Shown piece after piece: positions 20,196-31,034 of a stretch of DNA of 64,000 bases (the stretch's first letter is position 1; the number at the start of each line of letters is the position of its first letter). The position numbers and the translations under genes were made by a program. Source of the DNA: a bacterium. GTDB lineage: Bacteria > SM23-31. A model generated the notes under the pieces. It was not told where the DNA came from, did not search any database, and saw only the letters and a list, made by a program, of their open reading frames with translations. Location: positions 960,001-1,024,000 of the forward strand of contig OZ252239.1 in the NCBI GenBank assembly GCA_965249485.1, read 5' to 3'.

Positions 20196-22947
20196 TTATC
20201 TTTCGTACCAATGATCCTTATAGTATAACAGCTTGTTTGATAATTTCCTCGCCGCCTGCAGAAAGTTTGACTGTATATACTCCGGGAGTTACGCGCACAA
20301 GTATATGCTCACGGCTGCGTATGTCTGCCTCAATGTGTACGCGTGTGCTGAGAGAACGACCATATTTGTCTACTTCTTCGTCTGCATCGCCATAAAAGTC
20401 GACCGTGTCATAGTAATCAAACCAATAATTTAATCGTGCACCGGCAACCTGTTGGTCATAGCGTGCGATTTCCTCAGGTGTTCTATTCCGTTTCCGTTTT
20501 GTCATACCCCATTCGACACTGTTAAAACCCGCCTCGCCGGGACCTGTCAGCTCATTAATCAAATTCAAACCATCGTAAATAGATATTGAAACATCATTGC
20601 TGATAGATTTTTTTAAGTAATAATTAATCACAACTCCGTGTGGTTTGTTCTCGCCGGAATAATTTTGTGCACTGACCGCTTTTTGACTTGTCATAATCCA
20701 CTGTATTGTTGGTTCAATATCGAAAAAGTGAACATTCTTTTCAATAACATCCGGATTCAGTTCTTGCAGTGGTGAAATATCGGTAATAAAGATTCCTCTG
20801 CCGTGTGAGCCGACAATAAGGTCATTTTCGCGTGGATGGATAACTAAGTCCTGTACACCCGTTGTCGGCATATTATTTTGCATCCTTGCCCAATTTTCAC
20901 CGCCGTCAATGGATACATGGACAGCTTTTTCGGTTCCGAGGAATAGGAGGTTAAAATTTCTATGATCTTCCCGGATAACGTTAACAGGTTCGTCATCGGG
21001 AAGATTGTTCGATATAGAATCCCACGTTTGACCAAAATCAGAAGTCTTATATACAAACGGTCGAAAATCGTCATGTCTCCGTCCGGTATAGTTCACATAT
21101 GCCGAGCCAGCATCATGATGCGATGCAACGACTCTACTGACCCAGTATCCCGGATTTCCGGTAATTCGGTCATTCAAATTCGTCCATGTTTCTCCACCAT
21201 TAGTGGTAAGCTGAACATTACCGTCATCAGTCCCAACCCAGATAACACCCTGTCGGACAGGCGACTCGTCAAGTGTTGTAATCGTGTTAAAAGCAAGTGG
21301 TCCGATATTCCTGAGATCGGGATCGTTTTTCGTGAGGTCAGGACTTATTTCCTCCCAATTTTCACCTCTGAACGAAGAGCGAAGAACCACATTCGCCCCA
21401 TGGTATATAACATTACTGTTATGAGGAGAAATGAGAATAGGTGCACTGAAATTGAAACGGAGTTCAGGGTTGCCTGTAAATCGAATGCGTTTCCTTTTAC
21501 CGGTTTTCATATCAATTTTTGAGAGGCCACCGTTCTGTGATTCCGCATAAAGCCAGCGGTTATTGCTTGGATCGACCTTACTATAATAGCCGTCTCCACC
21601 GAGCATATGTTCCCAGTCTTCAAACCGGATCGGGAACCGTCCCTTTTTCGTGCTTGGCCCTTTAAAAGTTCCAAAATCTTGTGCTCCTCCGTACACATTA
21701 TAGGGATATGCCATGTCAACACCGATCTCATATATCTGCGCAAGAGGCAGTTCATCAGGGTGATACCAATTTTTACCACCATCGTATGTTATAGCCAGAC
21801 CGTAATCGTAGCCGGATAATATATGATTATTATCTCTCGGATCGATCCAAAGTGCATGATGATCTCCACCGTACTCAAATGCACGGTTCCAAGTCCTGCC
21901 ACTGTCAAATGAATGAGTGACCCCGAAACTCAAAATATATATATGATTTTCATCTTCCGGATCAACTCTGATCTGACAGAAGTACGAACCACCGGCTACC
22001 GGTTCGGGAGACATCTGTTCCCACTGAAGACCTCCGTTAGTTGTTCGATAAATTCTGTTCTCGTACCTACCGTCTGAATTCCTGTCTTCCAGGATATAAG
22101 CATAGAGGATATCAGGATTTTGAGGAGAGATCGTCAATCCGATTCTACCAACATTTTCACTTGGAAGACCATTAAAAAGCTTAGTCCAGGATTTTCCTCC
22201 ATCGGTAGTTTTATGAATTCCGCTCCCTGGCCCGCCTTCATAAAACATCCATGGTTTAGCAATCCTGTCGTAACTTGTCGCGTAGAGGATTGTAGGATTT
22301 GAGGGGTCCATGACAAGGTCAACTGCACCGATATATCTTCCATTCTGCATTACGCTGAGCGACTTTTCCCAAGTCCTGCCTCCATTTGTCGTTTTGAATA
22401 CTCCTCGTTCTTCATTGTCGGAATATAAATGACCCAGTGCCGCAACATATACAATATCATCTTGTTCGGGATGAACAATGATCCGTCCGATCTGATGGGT
22501 ATCTCTCATCCCCATGTTTTGCCATGTCTCTCCACCGTCGATTGATTTGTAAACACCGTCACCCCAGTATGTCGCATAGGGATCGGTCGTGCTGTTATTT
22601 GGTTCTCCCGTTCCGACCCATACCGTATTGGGATTTATCTGCGATACAGCAATATCTCCGATCGCGAAGACACTTTGATTGTCAAAAATCGGGAAAAAAG
22701 TTGTGCCGTTATTGACCGTTTTCCAAAGTCCTCCATTTGCCGTTGCTGTATAAAATGTATTATTCTGCTGAAAAGGAACTGCAAAATCGACGACCCTGCC
22801 TCCTTGTCGCGTCGGACCGATCGAACGGTAATGAAAGAACTTCAATAAATCTTGAGGGAGTTGTTGTCCAAATAATTCAGATGTGTTTAAGAAGTAGTAT
22901 GGTAACATCAAAACAAACAAAACCCGGATTATTTTATTTAATGTCAT
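20196..22947 (-). CDS. VPS10/BNR beta-propeller protein (1-nt insertion near the C-terminus)
   Basis: YRSIGPTRQGGR, Asp-boxes; the true end LKDHWYER* lies in a shifted frame, compare the paralog end LPDYWIDK*. Confidence 0.88.
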
Positions 22948-23060
22948 AACACATGCTCCTGAGATTTAGTTAAGATGCGAAAGATACCATAACTCGAGAT
23001 AGCATAATTATTGCCTTTTATATTTTTTAATTAATATTTATAGTATGCAAATTCTTTATT

Positions 23061-23098
23061 AAAGTGTTTTCTGCACTCAGGGATGTATTAAGTGTAAC
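23061..23098 (-). repeat. Box A repeat copy (degenerate)
   Basis: AAAGTGTTTTCTGCACTCAGGGATGTATTAAGTGTAAC. Confidence 0.65.
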
Positions 23099-23390
23099 TT
23101 TCATCCTGCAATTTTTGCACTATTTGATTAGAGACTAATCATTTGTCTCCGGATTTATCGGCAGAATTAAATGAGAAGGGCACTCCATTTTTTTGTGTGT
23201 CTATTTCTCCATTAAGCTCGTTGAATATTCATTAATGCCAATAAGTACTATTGAATTTCTACTACTTCTAATTAATAAAAGAGAAATAATCGTAACGAGT
23301 GAATTAATTTTAAGAATTGAGGTTTGTAGTATGTTGCTTGAATAAATCAGTACTATGCGAATGAATAATACGGAATGCATTATGACTTTA

Positions 23391-23436
23391 CAAGGATTAT
23401 CTGCTCATAGAGCTGTATGAATTGTTAATCTTCAAC
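23391..23436 (-). repeat. Box A repeat copy
   Basis: CAAGGATTATCTGCTCATAGAGCTGTATGAATTGTTAATCTTCAAC; runs into TTGTAA-17-TATTAT. Confidence 0.7.
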
Positions 23437-23637
23437 GAATAAATAATTCGCACAGGATTCGTTAAAAATTAAGGGGTGCTTTTAGTTATTTCAAGTGTTT
23501 TCAATTACTTGATATTTACGTTTTTATATACGTTGCTACAAGCAATTCTAACCACATCTATTAATTTACAATAATTATTTTGAAAGTTTTACAATTATTG
23601 CTTGCACATACAAGTATTTTTGTTATCTTATACTGCA

Positions 23638-24063
23638 ATGGAACGAAAAGATTCCAAATTTTGTGGTTGTTTATACTATTCAGCGAATGCATTAGCACGG
23701 ATAATAACGAAAATTGCTGAAGAGGAATTCGCTGATACCGGATTGTCGCCTTCATACGCATTCTTAATAATGACGGTGAATCATAAGCCCGGCATACGGC
23801 CTACAGAGATCAGCGAAATTATGCAGCTTTCACCTTCGACTATTACTCGTCTAATTGAAAAAGTTGAACACCGTGGTTTTCTTGAAAGAAAAACGTTAGG
23901 AAAATATACTGAAGTATATCCAACAGAGAGCGGCGCAGATCTTAATATCAAAATTAAAGAAGCTTGGATGAATTTATTCAACCGGTATACAAATATTTTA
24001 GGTAAGGAAGAAGCATCCAAACTTACATCAAAAATCTATGAAACAGTAATAAAGCTTGATTAA
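23638..24063 (+). CDS. MarR family transcriptional regulator
   Basis: GLSPSYAFLIM...PSTITRLIEKVEHRG winged HTH; ATG at 23638. Confidence 0.9.
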   Translation: MERKDSKFCGCLYYSANALARIITKIAEEEFADTGLSPSYAFLIMTVNHKPGIRPTEISEIMQLSPSTITRLIEKVEHRGFLERKTLGKYTEVYPTESGADLNIKIKEAWMNLFNRYTNILGKEEASKLTSKIYETVIKLD

Positions 24064-24118
24064 TTTTCTTTTAATGCAACTATTGCATGTACAACTAAAT
24101 ATAATTTTGGAGAATTTA

Positions 24119-24760
24119 ATGAAAATTGGAATCATAGGTTCAGGTATCGTCGGAAAAGCGTTAACTGCTGGTTTTTGTAAATATGGATATGAGGTGATGG
24201 CAGGGTCACGCGAACCGGGTAAACTGGCTGAATGGAAAACAGAGATCAGTGGGAATTTGAAGACCGGAACGTTTGACGAAACAGCGGCATTCGGCGAGAT
24301 TATTGTTCTTGCTACAAAAGGAACGATAGCAGAAAACGCAGTCAAACTTGCAGGTATCCATAATCTAAATAATAAAACCGTAATCGACGCGACAAATCCA
24401 ATTGCGGATGCAGAACCGGTTAATGGTGTATTGAAGTTTTTTACCAACCTTGATGGTTCTTTAATGGAGCAACTTCAGATGCTGGCACCCGAGGCTAATT
24501 TTGTTAAAGCGTTTAGCTGTGTTGGGAGTCATTTTATGGTTGATCCGTATTTTGAATCTAAACCCACCATGTTTATTTGCGGCAACAATGATGCAGCAAA
24601 AGTTGAAACTGAGAAAATATTAAACCAGTTTGGTTGGGAGGTTGAGGATATGGGGAAGGTTGAGGCCGCCCGAGCAATAGAACCGCTGTGTATGCTTTGG
24701 TGTATCCCCGGTTTCCGGAAAAATCGCTGGACGCACGCTTTCAAATTATTGAAGAGCTAA
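24119..24760 (+). CDS. NADP oxidoreductase, F420-dependent family
   Basis: MKIGIIGSGIVG Rossmann fold, IDATNP, VKAFS; GGAG RBS before 24119. Confidence 0.9.
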   Translation: MKIGIIGSGIVGKALTAGFCKYGYEVMAGSREPGKLAEWKTEISGNLKTGTFDETAAFGEIIVLATKGTIAENAVKLAGIHNLNNKTVIDATNPIADAEPVNGVLKFFTNLDGSLMEQLQMLAPEANFVKAFSCVGSHFMVDPYFESKPTMFICGNNDAAKVETEKILNQFGWEVEDMGKVEAARAIEPLCMLWCIPGFRKNRWTHAFKLLKS

Positions 24761-24845
24761 GTACTCCTAAAGATAATTAAAGGCCAAACATTAAACAAAA
24801 TACAAACTACACACGTAACAACCTAATAAATCCAAGGAGAAAAAA

Positions 24846-25721
24846 ATGTCCAAAAATATACTTATCACTGGTGCCAGTAGCGGATTTGGAAAACTATTCA
24901 CTCTTACATTACGTAAGAACGGGCACACAGTTGTTGCTTCAATGAGGGGAGCAGAGGGTAAAAACAAAACGGTTGCTGAAGAACTAAAAGGGATCGGTGC
25001 TCATATCGTGGAGATTGATGTGACTAACGACAATAGTGTCAGTCAAGGTGTAGAATCTGCCATTGAAATGGCCGGTGGTATTGATGTGGTAGTCAACAAC
25101 GCAGGTGTTGGCGTCATAGGTTTGCAGGAAACTTTTACTCCTGAAGACTGGCAAAACCTGTTCGATATCAATGTGTTCGGTGTGTAAAGAGTCAACAGGG
25201 CGATTCTTCCTCACATGCGCGATAAAAATTCAGGGCTGCTTATCCATATCTCCAGTATACTGGGGGCCGGATGACAATTCCATTTTTTGGTCCCTACAAC
25301 ACCTCAAAATGGGCTTTGAAAGCATTAGCAGAAAATTATCAAACTGAACTCTCGGGTTTTGGTATAGATTCGTGCATTGTTGAACCAGGTGGTTATCCCA
25401 CTTCATTTATGGACAGACTTATAAAACCAAGTGATTCAACTCAAGATTCCAGCTTATGGTGAATTTACTAAAGCACCTATGGAGTTTTTCACCAATTTTG
25501 AAAAAGCATTAGCGGCTAACAAAGAGCAAAATCCACAAGATGTAGTGGATGCTGTTTCCGATCTGATCGATACACCAGCAGGCCAACGCAATTTCCGCAC
25601 AGTCGTTGATAAAATGGGAATGGGCGATCCTATCAAGAGCTATAACGACCAGCTCGAACAGATCACTTCCGGGATCTACAATGCTTTTGGTATGGGAGAT
25701 ATGCTGAAGTTAAAGGTTTAA
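24846..25721 (+). pseudogene. Short-chain dehydrogenase/reductase, disrupted
   Basis: TGASSGFG, NNAG, YNTSK, IVEPG; in-frame TAA at 25185-25187 and frameshifts near 25265 and 25448. Confidence 0.85.
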
Positions 25722-26125
25722 TGTTAATGTATTTATAGAAATATATTAATCATCTTTTTGGTTTTCAGATAAGTGCTCGATAGCAATGGCTTCAGCTTGA
25801 TCGGCGGAAACTCGCATTTTATAAGTGTAGATTCTATACCTTACACTACGCAAAACTCTGTGCAGATTTTGTATGTTAGGCGATAAATCCTGATGTTACA
25901 CTACATATGGACGACTTCGACATACACAATTATTGTATGTCAGTCATAAGTTTCTGCCCTCCTACTTTCTTATGTCATAGATACGCGAATTTTCCATAAG
26001 TACTCACCCTGTGTAAACTAAAGTAATTTTCAAGAATTTAAATAAACAACCATTCCAATTTTGAGCCATAAGACTATGCATTTTCAATAGGAGGGATTGT
26101 TGCATATTTAAATGAAATAAAAAAC

Positions 26126-26154
26126 TTGCGTTTGTAAAATGCATGGGTTATCAT
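26126..26154 (+). promoter_or_regulatory. Sigma70-like promoter for the 26310 gene
   Basis: TTGCGT-17bp-TATCAT. Confidence 0.45.
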
Positions 26155-26309
26155 TAACACTCCCAAAAAAACTAGGTATGTTAAGTAACAATCTCAAAAT
26201 TTCAGTGTTGCCTTATCTTTAAATAATAGTCCTTTTAAGATGACCGAGATTGGGATACCAGTTAAGAGTACTATCTCGCAGTAAGGATTCAATTGTGGGA
26301 CACGTGACT

Positions 26310-27947
26310 ATGTCTGATACAAATAAAAACATTCAACGAGATGAGCAATTCAATGATGTGGGACAGCAATTTCGTGAATTGTTGCTCAATGGCAAGGTCG
26401 AAGAAGCAGGTGCATTGCAAGCTGATGAAATGATACCCGATAACGTTGTCAATTTACATGCAAAAGAAGCATTTGCAGTGCTTAAAGAAACTGAACAATT
26501 TGATGTGGCATTGCACGTAGCTATTAAATATTTTTCCTCAGATGATGAAGTGAATACAGTAAAAATTGCAGAATGGAACCGGTTAAACAAAAAAAAGCAA
26601 TTTGTAGAGGCAGCAGAATGGGCACTATCGCAAGGTCTGTCTGAAAAAGAAATATACCAGTCAGGACTTTCTGCGTTTGAAAAATATTTAGAAGAGGGAA
26701 ATGTTGAAGAAGCACTTAAAATAGTACAGAAATACAAATTGAGAAAAGAATCATTGATTAGTTTGACCATGGTAGCTTTCAACAAGATTATTAGTGAAGA
26801 AGATTATTATAGTGCGGCACGTTTAGGAAAAGCGTTTAATCTCTCGAAAGACAGGACAACGTCGGTAGTCATCAAGGCATGTAATGAATTCATCAAAAAC
26901 GGTGAAATTGAAATGATCTATAAACTTATCGATGAATTCGAGTTGTTAAATGATACTACAATTGGAGAATTTTCTGGAAAAGATGCTGAAAATCTTGTTA
27001 TCGAACTTACCGAGAAATTTATTAGGCCATCATTTGATCAAGGCAAGCTCCAGCTTATGAAAGAATTTGCTGAAGCAATAAAATTGAATTCTCAGCAGTT
27101 TGAAAACAGCTTTTTGAAAGAATTTGTACGGCGGTTCTATAAAATAGCTGTTAGTACCCATAATTCCTATCTTAACAGCAATGATCTTAAATCCGCCAGA
27201 TTCATACGTGACTCTTTTAACCTGTTTGTTACCCCGCTACCTTTTGATGAGTTTACTTCTCTTGTTGAATCGAGTGAAGCATATCATAAATCATTGTTAG
27301 AAAACGCCGAATTAAATGCAGCGATCGCGTTCAAGAAAGAGTACGAGATATTTACAAAATTTACCGTTGAAAAAAGTAAAAAGACAGCTATTGAGCACGG
27401 AAAGCTATTTCTTGTTAAGGCTATTGAAAACAAATCAATTCCGATGGCTATGAGTGGGATTAAAGAATATAATGTGACGAATGAACTTGTCGATGATGCT
27501 TTCTTAACAGGAATTTTGCATCATATACACGATAAATCGTTTGATGATGCTTTTGCCTTACGTGATGAATTAAAGTTTAAACCTACCTCTGAAGCTGGCA
27601 AAGCCCGTATTATTGAAGCATTTAAGAAAATCATGCAGGATAAAGACTATATTCACGCTGTAGAATTTGCACACCGTTTCAACCTTCAAAGATCGTATGA
27701 ATTGGATGCCGCGATTAAAGCCTGGCAAGTTGAATTTATTGCGAAACGGCATGATAATGCGATAAATTTAAATAATAAATTTAAAATTAATAAAGAGTTT
27801 ACTTTGCCTCTGGCTAAGAGAGCATATCGGGAATTTAATATTGCGAAAGATTATCCCATGGCGATCTTAATTCGGAGAGCCTATAAAATACCCATTGGAA
27901 TTATAGAATGGATATTAGAATTTTTTAGACTGCTTTTTTCAAGATAG
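26310..27947 (+). CDS. Hypothetical alpha-helical repeat protein
   Basis: Long open frame with recurring A-x-x-x-A-x-x-(F/Y)-x-L helical units; no recognisable catalytic motif. Confidence 0.7.
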   Translation: MSDTNKNIQRDEQFNDVGQQFRELLLNGKVEEAGALQADEMIPDNVVNLHAKEAFAVLKETEQFDVALHVAIKYFSSDDEVNTVKIAEWNRLNKKKQFVEAAEWALSQGLSEKEIYQSGLSAFEKYLEEGNVEEALKIVQKYKLRKESLISLTMVAFNKIISEEDYYSAARLGKAFNLSKDRTTSVVIKACNEFIKNGEIEMIYKLIDEFELLNDTTIGEFSGKDAENLVIELTEKFIRPSFDQGKLQLMKEFAEAIKLNSQQFENSFLKEFVRRFYKIAVSTHNSYLNSNDLKSARFIRDSFNLFVTPLPFDEFTSLVESSEAYHKSLLENAELNAAIAFKKEYEIFTKFTVEKSKKTAIEHGKLFLVKAIENKSIPMAMSGIKEYNVTNELVDDAFLTGILHHIHDKSFDDAFALRDELKFKPTSEAGKARIIEAFKKIMQDKDYIHAVEFAHRFNLQRSYELDAAIKAWQVEFIAKRHDNAINLNNKFKINKEFTLPLAKRAYREFNIAKDYPMAILIRRAYKIPIGIIEWILEFFRLLFSR

Positions 27948-27991
27948 GCTCAGCGTTAATCTGAATATTTGTCTACCATTTTCTTTATTTT

Positions 27992-28097
27992 GTATGTAGT
28001 AGAACAAATCGGACATTTTGAATTAAATAGTAGGGCATGTATATAGTTTTCACAAGTGTTTCTGCTCCCCGGATTGTAGGATTTGGAAAGCTTCAAC
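27992..28097 (-). repeat. Full repeat unit
   Basis: Box B GTATGTAGTAGAACAAATCGGACA; TTGTGA-17-TACTAT; box A CAAGTGTTTCTGCTCCCCGGATTGTAGGATTTGGAAAGCTTCAAC. Confidence 0.8.
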
Positions 28098-28147
28098 TCG
28101 CATTTGTTATGAATCCTGGAAAACTGGGAAATAAGATTTATTACTGT

Positions 28148-30832
28148 TTATTTTCGTAACAGGAATGTGATTTTTGCCAAGAGGGTTCTGTTCGTAGTCA
28201 CGTCATTGTCGTTTCCAAATAAATTTTCCTGATTATATACTAAATAAAAATCGCTCCCCAGCCTATATATATAGCGGAGAATAATGTTTTGTGACACCTG
28301 ATTTCTATCATCGAAAAGTAAGGCATCATCGACCCACTGGAAAAATCCCTTGATATATAATTCTGTATTAAATGCATAGCTCAACCGTGCTGAAATTAAA
28401 TTTGTATGAAAATCCCCCTCGGGAAGTTCGACCTTGCTGTAACTATAGTTGCCACTTGCAAATATTTGAGGATGTGCTCGAACTGTTGCACTCACTCCTC
28501 CTCCGTAAGAAGTACCGGTGAAAAAATCTCCCCCATTGATATTTACCGACCCATGAACGGGTTTTGTACTGATCGAACGATACTGGCCCTTAAACGTCGT
28601 ATTGGTATAGCTCTTCTGAGGAATGATCAGATCCGGTCGAATTTCAAATTCTTCATCGAGGTGTTCAAACTCCCTGTCAACCGTAAAACTGAAATTCGTA
28701 GTATTTTCAAAATCAATGGTAAGTGTTCCGGTCGCTTTCCTGTTGAGTACCCGATTATGGTGATTGGTCTGGTAATTACCATTGGCTGTAATAAATACCT
28801 TTCGAATTGCGGGAATCTGATTGAAACGTGGGGAAAGCGTGACGCCGCCTTCGGTGAACCTGATATCTTTTCTTCTTACAAATCCCATTTCGGGATTAAA
28901 ATCCTTATCGATATTCAGAAAGGACAGATTATACTGCCACAGGTCTGATTGAAAGCGAAATCCTGCATTACCGGCAAGATTATTCCTTTTCCCTTCTTTT
29001 CCGGGAGAAAAAGTGCTTGCTCCTACCATATAGAATGAAAACTTCTCGTTGACATTGAAGTTGGAATCAAATCCAATTGAACGGTTATAGCCACCATGCA
29101 CCTCTTCTTTATTCAAAAACATAACACCGACAGCAGAACGGGATAATATATCCCGCTTCAGCCTAAATGCACTATAATTAGTCTCCGGTATTGTTGGTTC
29201 ATCAACAAAAGGAGACGTTTTTCTGGTCTGAAGTGACATGAGACCTAAAGCATATTTACCTATCCTGCCGTTGAGACGTGTCCCGCCTATGATAGGAACG
29301 AGATTCCCGTCCGACAGACCGATATTCCGACTGTGGAATATCTGAATATTAGCTGCCCGTCTTAGTAGAGGATTTGCACCTCCTTGGCCTTGACCGAACG
29401 AAAATGTTCCAGCGCCTTCCAAAAAGAAATCCCGTTTTTCTGGAAAAAACAGGTCGAATCGTGTCAGATTTATCTGTTCCTGATCTGCTTCGACCTGTGC
29501 AAAATCGGTATTGTAGGTGAAATCGGCTGTTAATGTCGACGTGATGCTCTTTTTTAAGTCAATTCCGAATTCACCGAGGTCATCTTCTACGATGTCATCA
29601 CGCTGTAAACCACCGGTTGCAAAGGGTTTAAAATCAAAATTACCACCCATCTCCAATCCATTAAAACCGGTGACATCACCTGCATGAGAAACACGTTCCT
29701 GCCCTTCTATACCTGCATAGAGAGGCACGAACCGCCAGATATCTTTTTCATTTTTTCGTATTATTGTGCGTACAAAATTTGCCCCCCAAACAAGATTATC
29801 TCCCTCATTATACCGGAGCGTCTGCCATGGCACGAAGACCTCAAGGAACCACCCTTTATCATTAATGGAAGTTTTTGCGTCCCAAACACCCACCCAGGAG
29901 CCATTGCGTATTCTCCCGTCTTCCCAAATAACCGCATCAGTGATTTTTCCCGCAGCGGTAATTATAAGGTTATAGGCACTTCGGTGGTCATGGAATGTAT
30001 CGAGCACGATCTCGAACCTATCATCAAAGATATCGTTTCCGTCCCTCCTCAACTCTGTAATGCGGATTTTGTCAGGCTCGGACTCGTACAAACGGACGCC
30101 AAAATAAACGTTCTCATCATCATAAATTACTGCAATTTCGGTCCTTTCCGTCGGAGGAGCTCCAGTATCCGGAACCCGCTGGATAAAATCGTCCCGAAAC
30201 TTCGCCTCTTTCCACACTGGGTCATTGAGAACGCCGTCAATTTTAGGACCTTTGGCAACCCGTACCGCCCGCATTTCCTTATGGAACGAGCTGTTTTTTA
30301 ATGCTTCGGATGAATTATTTGATCCCATTGATAAAGCAAAATCATCTGTGTTTGGCCCATAACTATCTGATAGATACCAGTCTTCTTTCCCGGAAAGCTC
30401 TATGTAATATGGTACGATAGTCGCCGCTGTTGGATTTCCATACTGGCTCGGCGATTCATTCCAGATAAAATTACGAATATCTTTTGGGTTAATTGGCTCG
30501 TGGAAGGTCCGCTCATAAAGGACAGGTTTTTCTCTGTGTGGAAAGTACACCAGCAGCCAGACATGCATACTCAAAATTTCCTCATCAGAAGAATTCAAAA
30601 TATCGAAATACGCTCTAAAACCGTTATCGACAACAATAATATTTACGGGACCGTCGATTGTAAAGGGGGCACCTTCATACTCAAACGAGGTCAGGGGGAT
30701 ATAGGGATTCAATTTCGAATTGTTGCCGGATTCACCAATTTGCGCGTACGATGTGCTAGAATTTGCTGCTCCCTGCAAAAGGATTAAACAAATTATCAGT
30801 TTGAAATTGGTATGAGGATTTTGAAAAGTCAT
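28148..30832 (-). CDS. CBM9-like / DUF5916 outer-membrane protein with N-terminal extension
   Basis: PKIDGVLNDPVW, LDTFHD, NTDFAQVEAD, NLTRFDLFFPEKRDFFLE; beta-strand-rich C-terminus. Confidence 0.85.
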   Translation of the reverse strand: MTFQNPHTNFKLIICLILLQGAANSSTSYAQIGESGNNSKLNPYIPLTSFEYEGAPFTIDGPVNIIVVDNGFRAYFDILNSSDEEILSMHVWLLVYFPHREKPVLYERTFHEPINPKDIRNFIWNESPSQYGNPTAATIVPYYIELSGKEDWYLSDSYGPNTDDFALSMGSNNSSEALKNSSFHKEMRAVRVAKGPKIDGVLNDPVWKEAKFRDDFIQRVPDTGAPPTERTEIAVIYDDENVYFGVRLYESEPDKIRITELRRDGNDIFDDRFEIVLDTFHDHRSAYNLIITAAGKITDAVIWEDGRIRNGSWVGVWDAKTSINDKGWFLEVFVPWQTLRYNEGDNLVWGANFVRTIIRKNEKDIWRFVPLYAGIEGQERVSHAGDVTGFNGLEMGGNFDFKPFATGGLQRDDIVEDDLGEFGIDLKKSITSTLTADFTYNTDFAQVEADQEQINLTRFDLFFPEKRDFFLEGAGTFSFGQGQGGANPLLRRAANIQIFHSRNIGLSDGNLVPIIGGTRLNGRIGKYALGLMSLQTRKTSPFVDEPTIPETNYSAFRLKRDILSRSAVGVMFLNKEEVHGGYNRSIGFDSNFNVNEKFSFYMVGASTFSPGKEGKRNNLAGNAGFRFQSDLWQYNLSFLNIDKDFNPEMGFVRRKDIRFTEGGVTLSPRFNQIPAIRKVFITANGNYQTNHHNRVLNRKATGTLTIDFENTTNFSFTVDREFEHLDEEFEIRPDLIIPQKSYTNTTFKGQYRSISTKPVHGSVNINGGDFFTGTSYGGGVSATVRAHPQIFASGNYSYSKVELPEGDFHTNLISARLSYAFNTELYIKGFFQWVDDALLFDDRNQVSQNIILRYIYRLGSDFYLVYNQENLFGNDNDVTTNRTLLAKITFLLRK

Positions 30833-30927
30833 GAGAGTTAAAAAAGAAACTTCTAAAAATGAGCGCTTCCCGGATCAATCAACCCGATTCGGCAGGAATA
30901 ATGTGCAAATCTGATTCTGTCTTATTA

Positions 30928-31028
30928 TATGTTGTCAATACAAGCCGGATACTCTGAGTCAAAATGTAAGAGTTACACGTTATACTTACAAGTGTTTTCA
31001 GTTCTCCGGACTGTACGATATGCGAACC
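30928..31028 (-). repeat. Full repeat unit
   Basis: Box A CAAGTGTTTTCAGTTCTCCGGACTGTACGATATGCGAACC at 30989-31028, 6 bp after the M24 stop; TTGTAA-17-TACATT. Confidence 0.85.
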
Positions 31029-31034
31029 GTATTG

